Assembly (NCBI RefSeq): GCF_964355755.1 | Contig: NC_092674.1 | Location: 1,612,001 to 1,676,000, forward strand | DNA length: 64,000 bases | Origin: Antedon mediterranea | Taxonomy: Eukaryota > Animalia > Echinodermata | Direction of reading: 5' to 3' | Shown: positions 1 through 11,900 of the stretch, piece after piece | Position numbering within the stretch: the stretch's first letter is position 1 | Layout of the letters: every line of letters begins with the position of its first letter | Notes under the pieces: model-generated | What the model was told of the DNA's origin: nothing | What the model saw: the letters and a program-made list of their open reading frames with translations, nothing else | Databases searched by the model: none | Translations under genes and position numbers: made by a program

Positions 1-1048
1 TGTTTGCCTGCCACAGAGGAAGAAACCAATAAACAACAAACGTTATATAATTTATCATTAGTCATTTAGTGACAAATAAAACACTAATATAATAATATCT
101 ACCTCAGATATGGCATAAATGTCCCCAAACTGCCAAGTCATAAATCGAATAAAAAATATCCACAACCGGTCTCTAGATAAACGTTCACCAGTCAGAAAGG
201 GTTGGACCATAAACGATAAACCTTTATATTTAATAAGCTACAGTTGAGTTACGCTACACTGAGCTCAAACCATAAAGACTTATACAAACACAAATAAAAT
301 ACTCATTCTGGTATTCAGTATATGCAAATTACCTCGTTGATGACTCATCTACAGTGGGCTAGACCTGCCTTGTTGCACCCTGATTGTATTTGTGCGGTAG
401 CCGTTACGTGTGGCATTTGTTCAACAGGTATTGATTGGGAGTTGTTGCTGTTTAATTTCCACTGTAGAGAAAGAGAGAGAAGAATGAGGGGGCTATAACA
501 ATAATAACTAACACATTGTGAAATAAATACAGCTACAGGTATGAAGTACGATTTATCATCAAGTACATATATACAATGATTATGCATAGACTTGCCCAAA
601 TCTTTATGGTTGTCTTTACGAGCAGCACTAGTCGGCAATTTCTTACAACATCTCCAAATATTTGGTTGACACATAACTTTATATTGTCAGCTCCATTGTT
701 TAACTTTAGTCGCAATAATGTGGTAAATTTGTACGGAGAGCTGCTAGCTAAAATAAAGAACGTACTAACCAAAAAAACACCTTCTTCTATACATAATATA
801 GGTAATGAAAAGGTGGATAGTTAGCTTATCTACTATAGCGCAACGATCCATACTATACAAATAGTATACTAGTTATTTTGACCGATTTTACCGAGACCGA
901 TTTTAAACCGAACTCATATAAGCCCTTGAAGGCTAATTACAACCTCGAAGGTGAGAAGGTTACACTGCTGCAAGGCATTCTACCTACTGTACTATAGTAT
1001 AGTATACTATGATGATGATGTTTCAATGAATATTGAATAGGCTGGCAC

Positions 1049-1270
1049 CGGTCAGTCTAATTACCGAAAACAACCGAAAACAACCGAAAACAACCGAAAA
1101 CAACCATAAACAACTGAAAACAACCATAAACAACCGAAAACAACCGAAAACAAACCGAAAACAAAATAACAATATCTAAATACCGAAAACAAATTTGATG
1201 CAGCTACTATATTGACCTCGCACGCCAAACAAATTTCTACAGTATATTTTTTAAATGTCGCCCTCTATTG
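1049..1270 (+). repeat. Left TIR of the MULE, built of tandem 10-bp CAACCGAAAA units
   Basis: About 10 copies of (CAACCGAAAA). The inner motif ATGTCGCCCTCTAT (~1255-1268) is mirrored by ATAGAGGGCGACAT in the right TIR. Confidence 0.9.
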
Positions 1271-1879
1271 ATAGGTGTTTCTAAAGCCAACAAGACCGCG
1301 CGCGCAAAGCCAAGGAGATAGAGACCATACGAAATGGAAGTGTGCACAAAATTTAACTCAATATCGTACAAACTCAATGATAACACCGTGCATTTACTTA
1401 CAGAATCTACAATATGTTAGATATTTAATATATATGTTACATGAATCTTACGGAGACAAGGAATTGTCTGTAGTCGTAAGACCCTTTGAAAAATAAAACA
1501 TTATCATAGAAAAAAACATGAAATAAGGTTTTAAAGATACAGGTTGGAAAGTTAAAGTATTCCTACATATAATATAAAAGAAACTACATAATAGTAGCCT
1601 AACACTAACACGCACCACGCATAATATATAAGCATTTTAATATATAAGCATTTTTAAATACTGTAATTCGATATAATCACTTCTAAAATATTTTTTAGTA
1701 TTTTATAACAATTTTAACAACTAGGGATGGTTCTCGAATACATAGTATAATTTCAGCGATTTCAAATGTACTTACCGCATGACAATAATACACCACTTCT
1801 ACGACGTTTATTTGTGTATATTGTGTTTATATGTAAAACAGTTTGTGAAAAACACCTCTATTCGGTGCAAATCGTAAAT

Positions 1880-2077
1880 TAGCAGGTCTGAAAATAATAC
1901 TAAAAAGTGGTCAAAAATTGGGACCGTAGTCCGGATTGCCTCCAAATGTAATGGAGTGGTCCTTGGCCACATATTTCTTGCAATAACTTTTTTGAGTAAT
2001 TCTGCTAACAAACAGACAGACAATCAAATAAACAGACACACGCGATCGATTAGAGATACCTCCTTGGCGGAGGTAAA
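1880..2077 (+). mobile_element. 3' end of a non-autonomous Helentron/HINE-like element
   Basis: (CAGA/CAAA)n microsatellite followed by the terminal palindrome ACCTCCTTGGCGGAGGT, the typical end structure of these elements. The 5' boundary is uncertain. Confidence 0.5.
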
Positions 2078-2194
2078 TAATAAATAACTTTTAAACCAAT
2101 CAATTAATTGTGATAGAAGTATTGTGGTATTTGACTGACTTTGACAAATCAAGAAAGACGCCAATAAAAAAATCCCTTTTATGTAATGCTGAAG

Positions 2195-2560
2195 TAATTT
2201 TATTTCTATCTACCCAATTAATAAAGAAAAGCCAGTAATGCCAAATTCATTCTGCATACGACTGATCAGGATGTCGTGATCTATCGTATCAAAAGGATAA
2301 AAAAAAAACTGCCAAAACTAGCATAATATATCACCCTTTATCATGTTTCATCAACATAATATATCACTTTTAACGCGATAGAGCAGTTTCCGTACTATGA
2401 GATTTATTATATTATTTATACCGACTGATATGTTTCATAAAGTAGACAGGAAATGGTTAGATACTGAATAATCTTACCTAACGTATGAAGGTTAGAAACT
2501 GGGCGAAAATCTGAGTTTAATGTTGATTTGGTCGGGAACCTAAACCAATAATTTCGCAAA
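2195..2560 (-). pseudogene. Degraded CR1/L2-type LINE reverse-transcriptase fragment
   Basis: The minus strand reads FRPVSNL (~2490-2510) and FDTIDHDILISRM..FGITG, both CR1/L2 RT motifs, with frameshifts. Confidence 0.7.
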
Positions 2561-2580
2561 TCAACATTAGTAGACATTCG

Positions 2581-2882
2581 TAGGGAGTGAGTGGCCGAGC
2601 GGTTACGACAGTGGAACAGTAATTACGTAGCCATAACATCGGCAGGGGTTCGAGGCTCACTCACTCCGTGGTTCTGGTGGTTAGAACGAGTCTTCTCGGA
2701 TAAGGACTATAAACCGTAGGTCCAGTGTACACATCTCGCTCGTGTGCACTTTAAAGAACCTAGTACGAGACGAGTAGGGGGTTACCCCGGTGTATTAGTA
2801 CATTACAGCCACTGATCACCAACTGGGTCCTCTGGGAGACCAGTCTTTGACTGAAGAGGTTACCCAGTATAAATATAAATTC
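2581..2882 (+). mobile_element. tRNA-derived SINE
   Basis: A-box TGGCCGAGCGG and B-box GGTTCGAGGC, then a central GGATAAGGACTATAAACCGTAGGTCC...TTAAAGAACC...GAGTAGGGG core resembling conserved metazoan SINE cores, and an A-rich tail. Confidence 0.75.
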
Positions 2883-3268
2883 AATCGATTCTGTGTTTTA
2901 AAACTTTTATTTTTATTTAAAATGTATTAGGATAAAAATGGGCAAAACGGATATATTGCTACATTTAAAAATGGAGGTCAAATACACAGTACAAATATTT
3001 TGTATATAGCCCGATTTAAACAAATGACAGGAGAAAAACATAATATCTATTTGGGTATTTATTTCTAACTATACGTTGATTTGTTTACAAACTTTTACGA
3101 TTGCATGTTCATTAAATTCGTCATAACCATGCCAGGTTACTTTCCAGAGGTGAATGACGATATAATATTTTTACATTAAATGCATTGGCGATATTGTTGT
3201 TACCTTTATTTTATGTACATCAAGGATTATGTGTTGCGCTGTATTATACATTTTTTTTTACTTTGATG

Positions 3269-3270
<2 letters not shown>

Positions 3271-3356
<86 letters not shown>
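3271..3356. repeat. (TA)n microsatellite
   Basis: Perfect TA run of ~85 bp. Confidence 0.98.
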
Positions 3357-3357
<1 letters not shown>

Positions 3358-3610
3358 TGAGGACTAGTTGTGTTCCAACCGTACCACGCCGAGAATGTTA
3401 AAGGGTCGTTATCCAATCGAGTTAAAGAACAATACCATGAAATGGTCTAATGGTTAGGGCAACTGCATATCAAGCAGACGGTCCGAGTTCGAGTCTCGGT
3501 TGGGTCGACTTTTTCTCATTCTCACAGATTTCCTCATCTTTATCATTTCAAAAATTAATTAAATAATTTTCAGTGTATCACCGGGCGGTTTGGAATTTAT
3601 TTCTATGCCT
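3357..3610 (+). mobile_element. (TA)n-associated repeat with a tRNA-like segment
   Basis: A-box-like TGGTCTAATGG and B-box-like GAGTTCGAGTC at ~3444-3495, without a good acceptor stem. It abuts the TA microsatellite. Confidence 0.4.
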
Positions 3611-4279
3611 GATGTGTTTTTATATTTATACAATTGTATTGCGAAGCACTGTGTAAATTATATATAAATAAATACTGTCAAATTACAGTGCTCATCGGAA
3701 CATGATCTCATAAACGCGTCATTGGCGAAAGTTCCGTATTTTTTAGTTGTATGAAAAAATGTCTCTGGCGGGATTCGAACCTGTATATACGTTTCATACA
3801 AAAATTGTAATTAATCACGGCAAACAATTCTACGTAGTTCCTCGGAAATCTGTCTTAAGGCCATAACTGACAGGCCTATGCAACTCATCGAATTAATTTA
3901 CTAACTTATTTTACAGAATTGATGCCGTCAAGAACTTGGCTGGGATGATGCAATACCTCGCACCATCCAATCCGAATGGAATATTGGTTAGATGAACTTA
4001 GAAGGCATGAAATATGTTACAAACTACAACACAAAAAGTATGCGAGAGCGAATTACACCCTTTTTTAGATGCTATAATTAAGGGCCAGCGTTTCTGTAGT
4101 TGATGACACTAACTATCGATGAGGCAGCACCCATAGATAGTAATGAAAATAAGTCAGTCTGAGATTTTCAACATGGGAGAACCTCTGGAAAACTATAGCT
4201 TGGGTACCAGGTCCTGAAATACAAGGCTCGACTGAGACAAATATTAAAACTACCAAGGAAGAAGAATGGATCCATCAAT

Positions 4280-4386
4280 ATTCTATCTACCCAATTTAAA
4301 GAAAAGCCAGTAATGCCAAATTCCTTCTGCATACGACTGATCAGGATGTCGTGATCTATCGTATCAAAAGGATAAATAACCTGCAA
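4280..4386 (-). pseudogene. Second copy of the CR1/L2 RT fragment (direct duplicate of ~2203-2300)
   Basis: Near-identical to 2203-2300. The minus-strand ORF reads FDTIDHDILISRMQKEFGITGFSLNW. Confidence 0.7.
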
Positions 4387-5437
4387 AAACTAGCGTTAAC
4401 AAAATTATTGAACCAGTATGAATATGATGTTTCAAAAGAGCACGTCATGAAGACCACAACATTTGAGAAATGTCTATTCCCACAATCAAATGCAATCACA
4501 CACGTATAAAGCATGCTGTGTATTTCAGTTTCTTATAGATACGGTATCAGTAACTTGAACTAGTATATTATGGAGATACTCTGTGGAGATCGATAGTTCT
4601 ATCAACTATGGTTGTTCATTTATTTGGTGCTCTTTAAGTATAGAATAGATAAAGATAAGCTAAAGCGTATCAAGCTCCAAATGGCGCGTTATACCTTAAA
4701 AAAAGCACCTCTGGTTGGTCTCCAATTAACTGAGATCCATAACGCTCTTTGTATGAAATACTAAAGATGGAAGTGTAATTGTGAATCCAAATATATTTTC
4801 TCCTCTCTCCTTTTAAATGTCTAAAATTTTAAGAAACTTAACTCTATAATGATAGATGAATGGAGAATTGAATTACAAAACAAATCGTTTGTATTATTAA
4901 TAAGCTGTGTTTTCTGTTGATTTTATTTAATACAATTTCACTATATTTCTTTATTCATTTTTGTACAGTAATGATCTACCCTATGTCCCTATGTATCGAT
5001 TAAAATTGGTTGGGGTGTTGCGGAGGGTAGAGGATATTTTAGGGGTTGTTAGTTGTTTTTTGCCTTTATAATTTTCTGTATGTATATTGTTATATTTTGT
5101 ATTGTTATTGTGAAGGATGCACGTGAATTTATCGGCTACTATTCACTGTTTAAAAACACAGACGATTTATTGTTGACACTTGAGAATTTGTATAAGTTAT
5201 TCATAAATCTAATTTTTTTACGAAAAAAGAACCTAATTTCACAACTAATTTTAGTGAATTTTCATATATTTATATTTAATCTCTATCGAACGGTGGGGCA
5301 GGGAATAGGCCTAATGGAGGAGGTAGGAGGGTGGGGATGAGCTATATTATAATGATGTAGGCATATGTATAATACCATTAAAATATACAATAGACACATT
5401 ATAATGTCAACAACCTTATAATAAAACAAATACTAAT

Positions 5438-5530
5438 GGAGAAAAACTCGAAAACAGAGACCCCCACTAAAACGTCTCATTATATTGGGGGTCTCTTTTT
5501 TTGAGATTTCCCGAGACCCCCTAATATAAT
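5438..5530 (-). repeat. Inverted copy of the GAGACCCC/GGGGTCTC minisatellite unit
   Basis: AAAACTCGAAAACAGAGACCCCCACTAAAACGTCTC is the reverse complement of units at 6060-6430. Confidence 0.75.
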
Positions 5531-6007
5531 CCCTGTTTATTGAGAGTGTTGCAAATACCCACCAACGAGCTTGGTCATAAATTATTAAAACCCAACTTTT
5601 ATCGCAAAAACCGTGAATTTATGTTTATTTATTTATCAATTTATTTTTATTTTTTTAATTCATTTCTTTTTAAAGGTTCGCCCAACACAATATATTTGTC
5701 TTCATCCTCCAGTCTGCCTCAAAGTCTGACCTCATATCATTTTGTTATTGCATTGTACGTTATTATCTTTTATGCTTGTTAATAAAGGTTACGAAACTAG
5801 TGTCAGTTTTTGAAATAATCTCCCGCTTTTTAGCTTCTAACATGCATTTATACATCTTACTTAACTTCTAGGACGTCGACCTTGTATTCCAAAATGACAG
5901 TCTCTTCACACGCGTTCAAGAATTCATCAATCTTCTTATCGTTGCGGCATGTTCTTTGATATCGGCATATCAGTTACCGTTTATTACTGATACGTCATTC
6001 TGTGATT

Positions 6008-6505
6008 TTGAGACGTTTTAGTGGGGACCCCCTATATAACGTAATATTGACCTAATATTGAGACGTTTTAGTGGGGGTCTCTGTTTTCGAGTTTTTCTCG
6101 AAAACAGAGACCCCTATATAACGTAATATTGACTTAATATTGAAACGTTTTAGTGGAGGTCTCTGTTTTCTAGAAAAACTCGAAAACTGAGACCCCCTAT
6201 ATAACGTAATATTGACTTAATATTAAGAAGTTTTAATGGGGGTATCTGTTTTCGAGTTTTTCTGGAAAACAGAGACCCCCTATGTAACGTAATATTGACT
6301 TAATATTGAGACGTTTTAATGGGGGTATCTGTTTTCGAGTTTTTCTGGAAAACAGAGACCCCCTATATAACGTATTATTTAGACGTTTTAGTGGGGGTCT
6401 CTGTTTTCCAGATTTTCTCGAAAACAGAGACCCTGGGTCTCGGGTCTCTGGTCTCTGTTTTTGAGACACCCGTTTCGACCTATCTCTTAGTCTCTGGTCT
6501 CTGTG
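6008..6505 (+). repeat. Minisatellite of ~80-bp internally palindromic units
   Basis: About 5-6 units of GAGACGTTTTAGTGGGGGTCTCTGTTTTCGAGTTTTTCTCGAAAACAGAGACCCCTATATAACGTAATATTGAC, each containing a hairpin. Confidence 0.85.
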
Positions 6506-6789
6506 TTCGAAGAACCTTAGTAATTTTATCAAGATCATACAAAGGAGTTCCTTACATGTTTATTCTTGACGGTAACCTATTTTGCAATATGTCAGTGGAA
6601 TAACTGGCATTTTATCGGAGTCGGACGGTTTTGTCAAAATAGTGTTTGATATGGCGATAGCACCGGTTCCGTGTGCGGTTATTATCAAAGCAGCCTGTTG
6701 GTTTCCGATTTCTTAAAGATGGTCCCAAATATGAGAGCAGCTTTGGCAAAATGTGCATTGCGATTGGTCTAGAACTTTGACGGTGTTAG

Positions 6790-7027
6790 GCTTCAGAAAA
6801 TAAGCCAATAAAAAAGACCTTCATGCAACTATGTAAAAAGCGTGGTTCTGCTGAAGTTTCTTTCCACTATTTAAAGCGATAAAAAAACACATCATACCTT
6901 TATTCTTGAATTCTCACTGGAGAAAATCCATCTAAATCTTTATTTTTGTACAGTTCAGTTCAGTTGTACAACAGTTCAGTCTATTTTTACTTAACCGTTC
7001 GGTTCTGACGAGCACACAGTGGTAAGT
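6790..7027 (+). promoter_or_regulatory. Putative promoter and non-coding first exon of the MULE gene
   Basis: CCAAT (~6805), TATA-like TATTTAAA (~6868), repeated TCAGTT Inr-like motifs (6950-6980), and a consensus donor G|GTAAGT at 7021/7022 that would pair with acceptor TTTCAG at 7925. Confidence 0.45.
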
Positions 7028-7928
7028 CATTCATAATTATTTACAGTTCATTTTTTAATAGTTAATCATTATTCAGTGTATAAAGAATGCTTTAATTTAA
7101 ATATCTACAACGGTATTCAAGTTATTTATTTGTGCGAATCGCAATTTTTCGCGTATACGCATTCGCAGTTTAATTTTTACCCAAAAATCATCAAACTAAT
7201 CATTTTGACTAATAATGATATAAAGAATTGAAAAACAATAAAGCCTAAGTTAAGCAATTTGATTTGTGTACTTGTTTTTTTTCTTTTTCTCTTTTGTGGC
7301 GCAAACACCACTTTTATTCACATTCATATTATCTCATATTACATAAAATCGTATTATTTAACTTGTAAATGTCGTTACAGTTCATAAGTAACATTTTTAC
7401 ATATATGAATTCTGTATTACTCCTTTTTTCATTAATTTTCTTATATTTTGTTATACACTTGACAGGATCATCATTATCATCTATCCCGTTTTAAAATAGT
7501 TCACACATTTTCATTTGTTTGTTTTCATTTTACAACCCGGATTATACAATATATTTATATACATGATAAAAATAAACAATAATAGCTCAGTACCACCAGT
7601 AACCCGTATCACTGTAATTCTTTTTCTGTTAATCGTATCAAATTAGAAATTATATTATCATAATCTTATTTCTTAAAGCTACCCATTTTTCTATACTTTT
7701 TTCTTTATTGTTATATGTTTCACATTCAATGTTATATAACATATTGCTTTTAAATGAATTCCATAAAGATTTACCGACTGGCTTATTTAGTGCAGATAAC
7801 ATTTTTATTCTATAAATAGTAAATGCTGCAAAAGTGTAAATATAATCTGATAAATATAATGTGTACTTGCTAATGATAGGACCTTACAATTGCTTTCAAA
7901 CCAATTGTTCTTATTTTACTTTCAGAAT

Positions 7929-8934
7929 ATGTACAGACAAAAAAGGCAGCACAAAAAAACTAGACCTTGTTTAACTTGTTTTGATTGTGACAAGAAAAAA
8001 ACGGGGAAATACTTTTGTGGTGTTTGTAAGTTTGCGTGCAACAATGACAGTATATTTTGTGATTATTGCTTACGCTGGTTCCACATATTGTGCGAAAACT
8101 TAACTAAAGCAAACTTGCATAGCTTAGGTAACTCTCCTTTGCATTTCACTTGTTCCGAATGCTGTAGCCCTAATGGCAGTTTTGATTTTTTGGCCTCATT
8201 AGAGCGTATTGATTCAGCTACCAAAAACAATTACAATATACTTGACATAGCGCAAAGTGAACGTTTATTTCTACGTAATCATCGCTTTAGTAAACCCCCG
8301 TTTACGATATCTCAACAGTATGTCATCGATGCTGTTTCTACAAGTATAATGAACAAATGTGGAGGTGGGCGTTTAATCCCTGTATCTGTCGCTGGTGACG
8401 GTAGCTGCTTGTTTAATGCCGTAGCTGTTGCTTTGACTGGCAATGAAAACATTGCTACTGAACTTCGCGTAAGAACATTTGTTGATATGGTAGAAAAAGA
8501 AACATTCTACAAGGAACTGCACAAACATTCAAAAATTGCTTTAACCAGTCCTGATTACAATCTCGCTTGTTCAGATTGTAGTCGTGAAAGCGGTTATTCT
8601 TCAGCTTGGCAGATACAGGCGTTGTCTAGTGTTATAGGGCAAGAAATTATTTCTGTGTATCCTCCTTATAATGGCGTTACTGACAATGCACATCGCATAT
8701 TGAATAGAAGTTTTTATCCTTGCGAAGAAACAGCTGACAGACATCCGATTTTTATTATGTGGACTAGTACACTATTACCTTCTTCAAAGGGTACGTGGAT
8801 TCCTAACCACTTTGTCCCGTTATTGGACAGTTCTTTAATAGATGAGAGAGTGTGTTTACCCGAAATATTGTCATCTTGCTTGTCATCTACTTCGTATGAC
8901 GACATTGGTCACAAGAAAGTAATCAAAAGGAAAG
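7929..8934 (+). CDS. Exon encoding a PHD finger and a vertnin-like OTU cysteine-protease domain
   Basis: C4HC3 PHD pattern (CGVC...CDYCLRWFHILC...CSEC). OTU motifs GDGSCLFNAV (Cys 8406-8408), ELRVRT and NHFVPLL (His 8808-8810). Acceptor ends at 7925, donor starts at 8935. Confidence 0.85.
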
Positions 8935-11900
8935 GTAAATTAGGCCTACTCTACTAATTTAGACAAATGGTTTCTTATTTATTTGTACAAATTTAAAAAA
9001 AATAAAATTTTAGGATAAGAATACACAAAACTTATCCGTACGTAGTGTACGCAATAGATTGGTTCATTGTTATTTTTTATTGTAACGAAGTTATCTCAGA
9101 GGTGTGTTTATATTATTGACCGAGATAAATCTAAATTTTTATAGTTCAAAAAAAGAAAAGGCGACCGAAAATGAAAGAACGAATCGCAACTATAGTACCC
9201 ATATCATCTGATTCCGTTGACTCAACACCACAGGTTGATCCTACAGACTTTCCCTCCACTTCTGTTGATACACAACCTTGCCATAAACGGGATATGATTT
9301 CCCTATCTCCACTGTCCACGCCCAACAGCGACAACGTACCCTTGTCGATGACAACGCCCGACTTGAAAACCACAACAGATACGCAACATGCAAGAGGTAG
9401 TGTTTTGTTCTGTTATTTTTTTTTTAACAAAGACATGTTTTATTTAATAAGTGTAGGCGTCTATAGAAAACTGAGATATCTGATTGTATCTACATCAAAT
9501 ACAATTGTGTGTTTGTACTTATCGATATGAATCTACATTTTTATAGTGCGAAAAAAGAAAACAAGGCGACCGAAGAAGAAGCAACGAATCGCAACCACAG
9601 TAACCATATCATCTGATTCCGTTGACTCAACACTTGATCCTACAGACTTTCTCTCCACTTCTGTTGATAGACAACCTTTCCATAAACGTGATATGATTTC
9701 CATATCTCCACTCTCCACATCAAACAGCGACAACGGCAAAAAGACAGACACAAATGCCACGATGGCTAATTTAGAGGGCTATCCAGCTACCTCTTTTTTT
9801 AACCAATCTTCCAATATAGATTCTGATCTGATTTCATTATCACACCCATTTTCTGACCCCAACAAGAACAGCAATGATCATGCAGACACCAATGAAAAGT
9901 TACTACCTAATCATAATGATGTATTGCATATGCCTATAACAGGAAAGCCTTCCGATAGTGTGATTTTCCAATCCCCAATTTGTAACCCCCACAGCGAAAT
10001 CATAAAGGAAAAAAGCACCATAAAAACTATGCAACATGAAGGTAAGTGTTTTGTTCGTTTTGATCTTCGCATTACAAGATCTGTGTTAGAAAACACAAAT
10101 TTTAGATATATCTAAGTTTTCTAGATCTAAAAAACTCAGATATTTGAGTTTCCTAGAATTATGAAATTTAAATAACAAGATCCGAGTTTCAATCTTCAAA
10201 TATAAAAATCAAATCACATAATACAGTAAATCGTGTCATTATTAATAAGAGGGTAGTGTTTAAAATACACCTATCATTGTAAGTACTGTTATTTGCAATA
10301 TAGTACTGCGGTCAACCTGCATAAAATGCGCCTAAAATGTATAACATGATATAGAACACTGTTCAATGTCTGGTTGTTTATCATGTATGTTATTTACCTT
10401 TAAAAGGCAAAAGAAAAGCTCCCAGCAATAGCCTGAAAATATAGGGGAATACATTTGTAGTTATGTATTGCATTATGGTTTGACAAATATTTTATATATT
10501 TTCAAAAAGGAAAACAGCAGAGGCGACACACTGTATTTTTCAAGATTGAAGATGTCGGTGATAATTCACCAATTATATTTTCTTCGTCCGAGTCTGAAGT
10601 TGATCCTACAGACTTTCCCTCCAATTCTGTTGATACACAACCTTTCCATAAACGGGATATGATTTCCATATCTCCACTGTCCACACCCAACAGCGACAAC
10701 GTACCCATGTCGATGACAACGCCCGACTTGAAAACCACAAAAGATACGCAACATGCAGGAGGTAGTGTTTTGTTCTGTTTTTTTTTTTGTAAAAAATAAA
10801 TGTTTTATTCAATAAGTGTAGGTGTCTATAGGAAACTGAGATATCTGATTGTATCTAGATCAAATAACATTGTGTGTTTGTACTTATCGATATGAATCTA
10901 CATTTTTATAGTACGAAAAAAGAAAACAAGGCGACCGAAGAAGAAGCAACGAATCGCAACCATAGCAACCATATCGTCTGATTCCGTTGACTCAACACCA
11001 CAGGTTGATCCTACAGACTTTCCCTCCACTTCTGTTGATAGACAACCTTTCCATAAACGTGATATGTTTTCCATATCTCCAATCTCCACACCAAACAGCG
11101 ACAACGTACCCTTGTCGATGACAACGCCCGACTTGAAAACTACAACAGCTACGCAACATGCAGGAGGTAGTGTTTTGTTCTGTTTTTTTTTTTTTTAACA
11201 AAGACATGTTTTATTTAATAAGTGTAGGTGTCTATAGAAAACTGAGATATCTGATTGTATCTACATCAAATACAATTGTGTGTTTGTACTTATCGATATG
11301 AATCTACATTTTTATAGTGCGGAAAAAGAAAACAAGGCGACCGAAGAAGAAGCAACGAATCGCAACCACAGTAACCATATCTTCTGATTCCGTTGACTCA
11401 ACACTTGATCCTTCAGACTTTCTCTCCACTTCTGTTGATAGACAACCTTTCCATAAATGTGATGTGATTTCCATATCTCCACTCTCCACATCAAACAGCG
11501 ACAACGGCAAAAAGACAGACACTAATGCCACGATGGCTAATTTTGAGGGCATTCCAGCTACCTCTTTTTTTAACCAATCTTCCAATATAGATTTTGATCA
11601 TCAATTTTCTGACCCCAACAACGACAGCAGTGATCATGCAGACACCAATGAAAAGTTACTACCTAATCGTAATGATGTATTGCATATGCCTATAACAGGA
11701 AAGCCTTCTGATAGTGTGATTTTCCAATCCCCAATTTGTAACCCCCACAGCGAAATCATAAAGGAAAGAAGCACGTCGATGACAACGCCCGACTTGAAAA
11801 CCACAAAAACTATGCAACATGAAGGTAAGTGTTTTGTTCGTTTTGATCTTCGCATTACAAGAATAGATCTGTGTTAGAAAACACAAATTTTAGATATATC

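Noticed and set aside
1040-1049. Alternative 9- or 10-bp TSD for the large MULE
   Set aside because: It requires mismatches; the exact 8-bp GCTGGCAC duplication is more parsimonious.
2581-2670. tRNA gene (also 3440-3510 and 48765-48833)
   Set aside because: A/B boxes are present, but there is no proper cloverleaf and the sequence continues into repeat bodies; these are SINE or repeat heads.
3185-3367. 60-aa IY-repeat ORF
   Set aside because: Translation of (TA)n.
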